Positions 29,095 through 36,893 of a stretch of 64,000 bases of DNA are shown piece by piece. The DNA is from a virus. Position 1 is the first letter of the stretch; each line of letters begins with the position of its first letter. The position numbers and the translations under genes were made by a program. The stretch covers positions 19,960 to 83,959 of IMG/VR virus record IMGVR_UViG_3300036823_000156. One strand, 5' to 3'. Below the pieces are notes generated by a model. That model had not been told where the DNA came from. It saw nothing but the letters and a program-made list of their open reading frames with translations, and ran no database searches.

Positions 29095-30854
29095 TAGATC
29101 AACTCCTTCGCTCTGCGCCCGTCGAGGGCGAACTTCTGGACGGCATCCGCCGCGCGGTTGTCGTTGTGGATCTTGTGCTCGATCGTGCCGGTCGAGCCGA
29201 GGTACCAGATGGTGACCTGGTGCATGCGGGACACGCGGTGCGCGCGGTCCTCGACCTGCTCCTGGTCGTCGGGCACCCAGGTCTGGTCCAGGAAGATCAC
29301 GTCGTCGGCCGCGTCCAGGGTCAGCGAGACGCCACCGGCCGTGGTGGTCAGCAGCATGACCTGCGGGGCGCCGTCCTCCTGGAACGAGCGCTTCGCCGTG
29401 GCCCGGCGGGCCTTGGACACGTCGCCGGTGATCTTGGTGACCTGCACGCCCGCCTCGATCAGCGCGGTCTCGAACAGGTCGATGACCGAGCTGAACTGGC
29501 TGGCGACGATCACCTTCTGGTCGGCGTCGCGCTCGGAGAGCCAGTTGAGCAACCACTTCAGCTTGTTGGAGGGCGTTTCGGGAACGAAGTTGCCCTCGTC
29601 GTCCAGCCGACCGGCGGTGGTGGCGAACTGCTTGAGCCGGGTCAGCACGGCCAACACGCCGTCGGCCTGCAGCTCCCCGCCGTCCAGCTCGACCAGGGCG
29701 CGCTGGCGCATGTCCTTGTAGATGCGGGCCTGCTCGGGCTCCATGTCCAGCCAGATGGCGCCGTTGCCGGCGTAGAACTTCGGCGGCAGGTCGGGGGCCG
29801 CGTCCTTCTTCGTGCGGCGCAGCATCACCGAGTCCAGCTCGGCGTAGAACTCCGGCTTGCGGTGGATCTTCAGGCCGTCGATGATCCGGCCGCGGCCCGC
29901 CGCGTCGTCGTAGACCTCGAACCAGTGCTCGACCCACGTCCAGTACGAGCGGTATCGCTCGGGGTAGAGCCAGTTCAGCGTGCCCCACAGGTTCTCCAGC
30001 TTGCCGCGGAACGGCGTGCCCGACATCGCGATCCGCAGGCCACCCTCGGCCACCTTCAGTCGACCCAGGCCCTGCCGACGGGCGGCCTGCTTGTAGATGG
30101 CACCGGTGCGGGTGATCAACATCTGGTGCGACTCGTCAGCGATGATCGAGGCCCACTCGACGTCGTGCAGCTGGGTGTAGCCGTCCTTGAGACGGAACAT
30201 CTCCGGGTTGCACACCAGCCACTTGCGGCCGGGCGCGGCCAGGAACGCGGCGATCGTCTTCTCGCGCCTGACCCGGCCGCCGCAGCAGGCGAACACCGCG
30301 TCGCCGGGGACCCACCGGTGCAGCTCGGGCTCCCAGGTGAGGTCGACCGCGGTGGCCGGGGCGATGACCAGGTTCGGCCCGTCGATCCCGCTCTCCAGTA
30401 CGGCGCCGATCGACTGCAGCGTCTTGCCCAGGCCGGGCTGGTCGCCCAGCAGGCCGCAGCGCGAGGAGGCCAGCCAGGCCGCGCCGACCTGCTGGTAGGT
30501 GCGGGTGCTCATCGCCTCGGCGAGCACCGGGAAGAGGGTGCGCACGCGATCCACGTCGGCGCCCTCCTGCCCGGCGATCGCCGCGATCCGCTCGCGGCGC
30601 TGCTTCTCCTCGATCGCCCACGCGGTCAGCGCCGGGCCGATCGAGAGCTGCGTGCCCCACACCCGACGCAGGTCGGTGCAGCTGTACCACGCCAGTGGGT
30701 AGGTCCAGGCCTTGTGCGTCTTGTTCCAGGAGTGGCCTTGCACCGACTTGCACAGGCGCTTCATCTCCTCGAACGCCGCGTCGTCGCCGTAGGGGACGCG
30801 TGGCGTCCGGAGGTGGATCCGGCCGCTGACCAGTTCGATGGCGGGAAGCTGCAT
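29094..30854 (-). CDS. SNF2-family DNA helicase
   Basis: GDQPGLGKT, IADESH, SGTP, Q.EDRAHR. Confidence 0.92.
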   Translation of the reverse strand: MQLPAIELVSGRIHLRTPRVPYGDDAAFEEMKRLCKSVQGHSWNKTHKAWTYPLAWYSCTDLRRVWGTQLSIGPALTAWAIEEKQRRERIAAIAGQEGADVDRVRTLFPVLAEAMSTRTYQQVGAAWLASSRCGLLGDQPGLGKTLQSIGAVLESGIDGPNLVIAPATAVDLTWEPELHRWVPGDAVFACCGGRVRREKTIAAFLAAPGRKWLVCNPEMFRLKDGYTQLHDVEWASIIADESHQMLITRTGAIYKQAARRQGLGRLKVAEGGLRIAMSGTPFRGKLENLWGTLNWLYPERYRSYWTWVEHWFEVYDDAAGRGRIIDGLKIHRKPEFYAELDSVMLRRTKKDAAPDLPPKFYAGNGAIWLDMEPEQARIYKDMRQRALVELDGGELQADGVLAVLTRLKQFATTAGRLDDEGNFVPETPSNKLKWLLNWLSERDADQKVIVASQFSSVIDLFETALIEAGVQVTKITGDVSKARRATAKRSFQEDGAPQVMLLTTTAGGVSLTLDAADDVIFLDQTWVPDDQEQVEDRAHRVSRMHQVTIWYLGSTGTIEHKIHNDNRAADAVQKFALDGRRAKELI

Positions 30855-30861
30855 GCCGGCC

Positions 30862-30874
30862 AATGTACACTAAC
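30862..30874 (-). promoter_or_regulatory. Conserved GTTAGTGTACATT motif
   Basis: Exact aatgtacactaac on + strand. Confidence 0.7.
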
Positions 30875-31121
30875 CTTCCGCTACGGGTCCAGTCGGTTCC
30901 GGCCCGGCGTGCTCACCGAGGCTGAGATGGACGTGGGTGAGCAGCATCAGCTTCCGGGCGCCCTCCTGCACCTCCGCCAGCTCGTTGGCCGTGAGCTTCT
31001 TCAGCCCATGCGCCGCCATCGCGTTGCCCTCGGCGTTCTTGTCCATCAGACAAGTCAGGGCGGTCGCCGCCGACACCTGCGCGTCGGGCAGGGTCAGGAT
31101 CTTGTGGGCGTAGGCGTCCAT
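30870..31121 (-). CDS. Hypothetical protein
   Basis: GAGGAG RBS. Confidence 0.6.
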   Translation of the reverse strand: MDAYAHKILTLPDAQVSAATALTCLMDKNAEGNAMAAHGLKKLTANELAEVQEGARKLMLLTHVHLSLGEHAGPEPTGPVAEG

Positions 31122-31317
31122 TCCGCTCCTCTTCCAGTGAGACGATCAACTGCCGGAGGGATCCGGCAATCGCTTCGAAGTCCAGCACGTACTCCGCATG
31201 CACGCGCTGGTCGCGCTTGCGGGCGATCCGCAAGATGTTCTCGCAGGTGTCCAGCGCCCGCCGGGCGAGCGTCAGATGCAGTGGGTACAAAGGTGTCCTT
31301 TCCAGACGGTTCAGAAC

Positions 31318-31892
31318 CGCACGGGCATTACTAAATGGCGTGCGCCAGCATGGTTGGCTCGTGCGGAGCGAGGTCCGCCCGGCCGGCGGGTCTACTTGGC
31401 GCACAGGAGGTCATGGCCAACCGGGCGGAGCGAGTTCCCAGCCTGCGTCCCGCTATGGGTACACGATAATCACTGGCAGACCGGGAGGTGGAGCCGCCCG
31501 GCTGGCGACCGATTTCTGGAGCGCGCTCCGTACTGGCCAGCCGGGCGGAGTAGGTGATCGAGCGGTCAATTTTGGTGTGTCGCGAAGTAATGGCTCGATC
31601 GGAAGGGGACCGCCCGGCTGGCGGGGTCGGGGTGGAGTGCGATGTGAGCTGGCCAACCGGGCGGAGTGGTTCCGAGGCGGGACACATTTGGGGTGCGCCA
31701 CGAAATGGCCTCGGTGTGTTGGGCCGCCCGGCTGGTGGCATTAGTTGGAGTGCGACACTCTGATGACCAACCGGGCGGAGTAGATGACCGGGCATAACGA
31801 TATGGAATGCGAATCGCGTTGGCCCGATCAGAAGGGACCGCCCGGCTGGCGGTTCAAGATGGGTTGTGTCGGATTTCTGGCCAGCCGGGCGG
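31318..31892 (-). ncRNA. TIGR-like stem-loop guide array, about 10 units (downstream of Tas-like gene)
   Basis: About 58-nt periodic hairpin units: stem-CCA-N8/9-(CRCnnn)-CCA-N9-stem on the - strand; alternate units share the CCGCCCGGYTGG stem. Confidence 0.8.
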
Positions 31893-31896
31893 AGTC

Positions 31897-32823
31897 TCAG
31901 GCCGCGTCCTGCAGGTCGGGCGGTCCGAAGCCGTGGGCGACGTGGATGGCGCGGGACTGCCGCCACAGGTCGCGCAGGACCTCCTTGGACACGCACCGCA
32001 GGGCGCGAGCGTGGATGTGGTTCTTCGACAGCGGGGTGCCGGCGAGCGCGGGGCTGCCCGAGGGTCCGCATCGGACGCAGGCCAACTCGTGCACGGCGTC
32101 GGCGTAGAACTCCTTCTCCTGGTCGTAGACCTCGCGGTACGGGCCGCCGGACTTCATGCAGGACTCGGAAATCATCCGGCAGCGCATCCGCGCGGTGACC
32201 GACCAGTTGACCTTGGTGCCCTTGCGGCGGGCCGGAGCCAGACCGGCGATCACGCTGTAGCCGGAGTAGCTCCACAGCTCGGCGATCGTGCGGGGGCGGC
32301 CCATCTTGACGTTCCAGTACGGATCCCCGATCGCGGCCAGCAGTCGACCGACCTGCTTGGCGCCCAGGCCCTTCTGCGCCTCGATCCAGCCGTACAGCGG
32401 GTGGTCCTGAATGGTCTTCTGCAGGTTCTTCGTCGCGTTGACCTCGGCCCGCTGCATCGGCGGCACGATCAGGCCCATCTGCCACACCATCGGGTTCCAG
32501 CCCTTGGGCATGGTGAAGATCTTGCGGTTGGCCGCGGCCTGGATGGACAGGTGCGTCTCGACCTCGTCGAGCACGGCCTGCACGAGGTCGAAATCCTCCT
32601 CGTCCTCGGGCACGTGGATGTTCGGGGGCAGGAAGCCGAAGCCGACGTCCTTGCCGTCCTTGTTCATCCGGGGCAGCACGAGCTGGCGCAACCGGTTCTG
32701 GTTGGCGATGCGCACGCGCTCCATGTCGTCGAGCACGTCGGCGGCCATCGTCAACGTGGGCGGCGACATCAGTTCGGCGAGGGGATTCGGTACCGCTTCG
32801 ACCTCTTCGATCTCTTCTGTCAT
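31897..32823 (-). CDS. Nop/IS110-C-terminal-domain RNA-binding protein, nuclease-less (TasA-like)
   Basis: RIANQNRL coiled coil, HPLY.W....GLG.....LLA.IGD, LWSYSG, RRKG...NWS, YR..YD..K, H.HARALR...K..L.DLW; no DEDD RuvC or HNH seen. Confidence 0.75.
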   Translation of the reverse strand: MTEEIEEVEAVPNPLAELMSPPTLTMAADVLDDMERVRIANQNRLRQLVLPRMNKDGKDVGFGFLPPNIHVPEDEEDFDLVQAVLDEVETHLSIQAAANRKIFTMPKGWNPMVWQMGLIVPPMQRAEVNATKNLQKTIQDHPLYGWIEAQKGLGAKQVGRLLAAIGDPYWNVKMGRPRTIAELWSYSGYSVIAGLAPARRKGTKVNWSVTARMRCRMISESCMKSGGPYREVYDQEKEFYADAVHELACVRCGPSGSPALAGTPLSKNHIHARALRCVSKEVLRDLWRQSRAIHVAHGFGPPDLQDAA

Positions 32824-32850
32824 GCACTTTCTCCTTGGGTGGGTGGGGAT

Positions 32851-33216
32851 TCCGACTGACGGGGAGTGCTGGTCGCACGATCGCTGATGGTCAGTCGGAG
32901 CGGTGGTCCGCTCGGCCGGCGGGATGACTTGTGTCGTGCTTCCGTGTTGGCCGACCGAGCGGAACTCGGTCACCCGGCCGACGTCGTCAGCGTTGGTTCG
33001 CCGCGCGCTGTTGGTCGACCGGGCAAATCTCTTCGGGTGGAACCGCCCGACTGGCGAAAGGTGTTTGGGCAGCGATCGCTCCTGGCCAGCCGGGCGGAGT
33101 CGGGCCCGTTGCCGACACGACGATTGTGAGTCGAGTCGTGCGGTGGTCGGCAACGGGAGTGGGCGTCCGGCCAACGTTCACCCGTGGGGCGCATGGGTCG
33201 AGCTGGTCGGCCGGAC
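32851..33216 (-). ncRNA. TIGR-like stem-loop guide array, 6 units (upstream of Tas-like gene)
   Basis: Six hairpins with paired TGG (CCA on - strand) boxes about 18 nt apart; starts just after the conserved motif at 33220. Confidence 0.78.
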
Positions 33217-33219
33217 TGA

Positions 33220-33232
33220 AATGTACACTAAC
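33220..33232 (-). promoter_or_regulatory. Conserved GTTAGTGTACATT motif upstream of the TIGR-like array
   Basis: Exact aatgtacactaac. Confidence 0.7.
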
Positions 33233-33258
33233 ACAGGTCGGTGTAGCGGTAATGATCC

Positions 33259-33692
33259 AAGCCTCGCCTCGCCTGGCCGCGCCCTGCCCAGCCTCGCCCC
33301 GCCATGCACCGCCTTGCCTAGCACCGCATCGCCAAGCGCGTCCGGCAGCGGAGTCGAACCGCTGCTACGACCATCCGGACAACCATTCTCCCAGCCTTGC
33401 CATGCCGCGCCATGCCTCGCCGGGCACCGCCCAGCCTCGCCACGCCGAGCGTGCTGCCCCCGGGAGTCGAACCCGAGATGCGACCATCGCAGCTACCATT
33501 CTCCTAGCCACGCCGCGCACCGCCGCGCCCTGCCGCGCCGAGCCACGCCATGCCAAGCCACGCCCTGCCGAGCGTGCTGCCCCCGGGAGTCGAACCCGAG
33601 GTACGACCATCGCAGCCACCATTCTCCTAGCCTGGCCCAGCCGCGCCCTGCCCTGCCGAGCCACGCCCTGCCCTGCCGAGCCACGCCACGCC
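33259..33692 (-). ncRNA. Array of four (GGC-NN)11-15 pentamer tracts separated by mini tRNA-like elements (VIPR-like guide RNAs)
   Basis: Tracts 33259-33333, 33392-33446, 33505-33569, 33628-33692; separators carry GGTTCGACTCC T-arms. Confidence 0.8.
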
Positions 33693-33705
33693 CTGCATCT
33701 TCGCG

Positions 33706-34191
33706 CTAGGCGCGAAGTTTCTTGGGAGCGTTGCGCTCCAATTCTGCCACTCGCTCGGCGAGTGACCGAGTTTCGCGGCGGCGGCGGCCGTTGATCTCGG
33801 CCTTGCGAGCTGCTACGCGTTCCTCGAAGTCCACCTCGGCCCGCCGTTCGTGTACCAGTTCGGCACGACGGCGTTGTGAGGCATTGATCTTGGCGGCGTG
33901 ACGGTCGTCAGCGCGTGCAGCTTTCTTGCGTTGCCTGCCGATCAGCGGCACGGCGGCGTTCGGCTCCAACACCAGCCACCCGATGTTCTCCTTGGTTTCG
34001 ACCGTGTTCTTGCCGGCACGACCGAGTTCCAGATTGGCCTTGATCATCGCGCCTTGGACCGAGTTCCGGCTGGGCGCCTTGCAGTCCTCGATAGCCTGGG
34101 CATAGGTGATGACGCCACCCACCTCGGTCTCGCACACGATGTCGTACAGGATCCGCCAACGTGCCTTGCCGTTCGCAGGTTCGATGTTCAT
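33706..34191 (-). CDS. Accessory protein, putative winged-HTH plus basic coiled coil
   Basis: ATGA overlap with the RAMP-like gene; GGVITY...V....NIGW wing-like pattern. Confidence 0.6.
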   Translation of the reverse strand: MNIEPANGKARWRILYDIVCETEVGGVITYAQAIEDCKAPSRNSVQGAMIKANLELGRAGKNTVETKENIGWLVLEPNAAVPLIGRQRKKAARADDRHAAKINASQRRRAELVHERRAEVDFEERVAARKAEINGRRRRETRSLAERVAELERNAPKKLRA

Positions 34192-34763
34192 TGAGTCACC
34201 TCGACCGTGAACCTCCCGTAGAACCGGCGGAACGTGCCGACACCGATCATCTTGCCCGCCTTGGTCGCGATATCTTGGAAGTCCTCGGTCGACAGCACGC
34301 GGTCGTCGACGTCGATCTCGAACGCGCAGGACCACTGCGGGAAGATCGGCCGGACGCGCGGGATGCGCTTGCCCTCCACATTCACCATCAGGCGGCTGAC
34401 GTACGGACTGGTCGGCCCGTCGCCCCAGAGACCGTCGACATCGCGCGGCCCGTCATAGGACAGTGGCGCCTTCAGATCAAAAACCTGAAGAGCTTGAGCG
34501 ACTTTCTTGCCCGACCGGGTGATGGACCCCGCCTCCATCAGCGCCCGGAAGATGTTGTCACCCGGCAGGTACGGACCGAGCTCGGCGTTGTGGTACAGCG
34601 CCCCGACCCAGGACAACCGGTCGATCTCGGCCCTGTCCTCGTCGGTCTTGTTGGTTCGTTTGGACGTCAGTTTCTTTACGGCCCTGGTGATCGGCTCATC
34701 GGGGTCGGCAAGTCTGATGTTGTGCATGATGAGCGGCGCGATGCCGGTCAGCTCGATTCGCAT
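34188..34763 (-). CDS. Stand-alone RAMP/Cas7-like protein (Vipr-like)
   Basis: N-terminal IELTGIAPLIMH strand, PYLPG, RVRPIFPQW and C-terminal G-rich loop GVGTFRRFYGRFTV. Confidence 0.72.
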   Translation of the reverse strand: MRIELTGIAPLIMHNIRLADPDEPITRAVKKLTSKRTNKTDEDRAEIDRLSWVGALYHNAELGPYLPGDNIFRALMEAGSITRSGKKVAQALQVFDLKAPLSYDGPRDVDGLWGDGPTSPYVSRLMVNVEGKRIPRVRPIFPQWSCAFEIDVDDRVLSTEDFQDIATKAGKMIGVGTFRRFYGRFTVEVTQ

Positions 34764-34830
34764 GACTTTCCGTTCTGTGGTCAGTGTTTGACGGCAGTTC
34801 CGTCTCACTTCACATCGGACATTGTCCGAT

Positions 34831-34937
34831 CGTGCGGGCCGAGGACTCGAACCTCGGTGTGTGCCGCTCCCGCTTCCTAGCCTGGCCCCGCCAAGCCCTG
34901 CCCTGCCGAGCCACGCCCTGCCATGCCGAGCCCTGCC
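34831..34937 (-). ncRNA. (GGC-NN)12 tract plus mini tRNA-like element upstream of the RAMP-like gene
   Basis: 12 perfect pentamers at 34878-34937 followed by GCGGG...CCGAGG-TTCGAGT-CCTCGG-CCCGC-ACG. Confidence 0.8.
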
Positions 34938-34944
34938 TTGCAAG

Positions 34945-34978
34945 AATGTACACTAACGTAGGTCGGTGATCGCGTCAA
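34945..34978 (-). promoter_or_regulatory. SigA-like promoter containing the conserved motif
   Basis: TTGACG-17 bp-TAGTGT(ACATT) immediately before the first GGC-NN tract. Confidence 0.7.
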
Positions 34979-35420
34979 GTCCGACGGAGCGGAAAGCACT
35001 GTCCGCAAAGGTCAGAACGCGGCGGCCCATGCGAGTGCTGTAGACGTGGGTGGAGCGGGCATCCTTGGGCACGGTGGCCTTCTCGCGCAGACCGGTGAAC
35101 GTGTTGATCCACTCGATCTGCTTGCCGGCCAGGCATTCCGCTGCCGTGTTGTCGTCCATGGCCGCGAAGTCGTAGGTCGGCTCGCTGGTGCGCAGTGCGG
35201 TGGCCGCCGCGGCCGGGTCCAGGATCTGCTGGCGCCCCCGCACTTCGGGCGACTCGAACCAGGACTCCGAACTGGCGAAGCGCTCGCCGCGCCAGATCAG
35301 CTCCATCCGCTCACCCTCGCCGCGCCAGAACCGCATCCGGTAGTCGCTCTCGTAGCCCAGCTCGTCGTGCTCCCAGCCCATCTTGGTGGCCCAGTGCGCC
35401 AACTCCTCGGTGCCTTTCAC
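34953..35420 (-). CDS. Hypothetical protein
   Basis: Coupled ORF. Confidence 0.6.
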   Translation of the reverse strand: MKGTEELAHWATKMGWEHDELGYESDYRMRFWRGEGERMELIWRGERFASSESWFESPEVRGRQQILDPAAAATALRTSEPTYDFAAMDDNTAAECLAGKQIEWINTFTGLREKATVPKDARSTHVYSTRMGRRVLTFADSAFRSVGLDAITDLR

Positions 35421-35737
35421 GCCGGATACCCTCTCTCCATCAGCTCGACCGGGCGCTCGCCGACGTAGCCCTGGCACGCGCACCGCACATCGACGTCGTG
35501 CCAGTCCACATTGGTGGCCCACTTGCGTTGTTGGTGCGTGACCTGGCACGGCCCGCCGTGGAGCAGCTCACGCGTGCTGGTGACGAGGTGCTCGTGCGCA
35601 CTGATGGGATCTCCGCACGTGCACCGGTAGCTCGGCGGCTTCGGGTCCTGGTGGTCCCGCTTGTAGTAACCGGTCACGCGGCCGACGACGAAGGCCACCA
35701 CCGTCGCCGCCGCGAGAACGATGTCGAGCAGGTGCAT
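35417..35737 (-). CDS. Small membrane-anchored Cys/His protein
   Basis: N-terminal TM; C.C.D...H...C...C.C motif. Confidence 0.55.
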   Translation of the reverse strand: MHLLDIVLAAATVVAFVVGRVTGYYKRDHQDPKPPSYRCTCGDPISAHEHLVTSTRELLHGGPCQVTHQQRKWATNVDWHDVDVRCACQGYVGERPVELMERGYPA

Positions 35738-35739
35738 GG

Positions 35740-36630
35740 TCAGTTGCCGCCCACGACGACCGGCGACCCCTGCGGGATCGGGATGATCTTGACCTTGCCG
35801 TCGGTGATGGCCTGGTTGACGGCCTGCTGTTCCTGGTAGGCCTGGTAACCGGCCACGCCGCCCGGGAAGTTCTTGGCCGCCTGCTCGTCCACGGCGGCGG
35901 CCTGCTGCCGCAGCACCGCGGCCTGCTTGGCCGACAGACCGGCCTGCAGCTGGGGCTGGATGCCCGGCTTCTGCAGCAGCACCACGTCGATGTCGATCAG
36001 GTTGGTGCCCAGCGTGAGCTGGTTGAGGATGCGCGGGATGTCCTGCTGCACCTGCGTGGACCACGAGGTGGTGGCCTGCGCGGAGGTGTAGAGGTCCTGC
36101 CAGCCGAAGTTCAGCGCCTCGGTGTCACTGGCCCGGTCGACGGCCGCGCCCAGGTAGTTCTTCAGCATCTCGTCCCAGCCGCCGGGCAGGTCCGCGTCCG
36201 CGTCGGTGGGCAGCGCGTCGTACTTCTTGCCGATCAGCTCCCAGAACGCCTGCAGGCGCCCGCCGGGCCAGGTGCGGCCGGTCGAGTCCTTCCACGGCAC
36301 GCAGGAGGTGTTGAGGGTGAACTTGACCGTGCCGGTCACGCTGATCTGCTGGCCGTCCTTGGTGGCCGAGGTCAGCGCCGGGGAGTCCTCACCCTTGCCG
36401 GTGCCGAAGGACCAGTCGCGCTGGCCCAGCGGTGCGTAGTACTCGGTGTCGTTGACGTCGCGAGCGCCGTGCGTCGAGGGACCGGTGCACTGGACGAACT
36501 TCACGCTGTCGAAGGGGCCGCCGCCGTACTGCAGGGCGACCTGGGAGGCCGTGGTGTTGACGATCGAGCAGGCCGCGACGGCGGCCAGCACGACGGGGGC
36601 GAGGACTGCTGCTCGCAGGTACCTTTTCAC
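35740..36630 (-). CDS. SPFH/band-7-like lipoprotein
   Basis: Lipobox VAAC; TKDGQ.ISV.GTV.F; C-terminal coiled coil. Confidence 0.65.
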   Translation of the reverse strand: MKRYLRAAVLAPVVLAAVAACSIVNTTASQVALQYGGGPFDSVKFVQCTGPSTHGARDVNDTEYYAPLGQRDWSFGTGKGEDSPALTSATKDGQQISVTGTVKFTLNTSCVPWKDSTGRTWPGGRLQAFWELIGKKYDALPTDADADLPGGWDEMLKNYLGAAVDRASDTEALNFGWQDLYTSAQATTSWSTQVQQDIPRILNQLTLGTNLIDIDVVLLQKPGIQPQLQAGLSAKQAAVLRQQAAAVDEQAAKNFPGGVAGYQAYQEQQAVNQAITDGKVKIIPIPQGSPVVVGGN

Positions 36631-36893
36631 AGCTGTCGTATGTCCTTTCTGGACTTCTGGATGATCTCCTTGACCTTGCTGGCCAGGGGGTGATCGAGGT
36701 CGCTGTACTCGGCGGCGGCCATGTCGATCTCGTACAGGGCGTCCTGGCGCAGGTTGTTCTGCGCCTCGACGCGCCGCAGGTGCCGCCGGTTGATCCCGGC
36801 CCGCCGCCCGAGCAGGAAGTAGGCCGCCCACATCAGCACCGCCAGCACGGCGACCGCACCGACACTGAGCCCGGCCAGATCCGCGAGCTTCAT
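36627..36893 (-). CDS. Small membrane protein
   Basis: One TM helix, coupled. Confidence 0.6.
   Translation of the reverse strand: MKLADLAGLSVGAVAVLAVLMWAAYFLLGRRAGINRRHLRRVEAQNNLRQDALYEIDMAAAEYSDLDHPLASKVKEIIQKSRKDIRQL

Noticed and set aside
30015-30035. Self-target of the 33392 tract in the SNF2 helicase (IAMSG)
   Set aside because: Only 5 of 11 dinucleotides agree and the flanking positions mismatch; compatible with chance
31897-32823. Active IS110 transposase
   Set aside because: No N-terminal DEDD RuvC domain is visible, and the gene is flanked by multi-unit arrays rather than IS ends
31318-33216. CRISPR array or REP/BIME elements
   Set aside because: The repeats are inverted stems around two short 9-nt variable segments with CCA boxes, not 25-40-nt direct repeats with roughly 35-nt spacers; there is no cas1, cas2 or RAYT gene
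33447-33504. tRNA genes or attP-associated tRNA fragments at the GGTTCGA sites
   Set aside because: No D or anticodon arms and no integrase in the window; they recur as separators of the pentamer tracts
32903-33794. Long ORFs over the pentamer tracts (32903..33709, 32931..33794, 33365..33664)
   Set aside because: Low-complexity translations of GCCNN repeats; the 5-nt period is incompatible with coding selection
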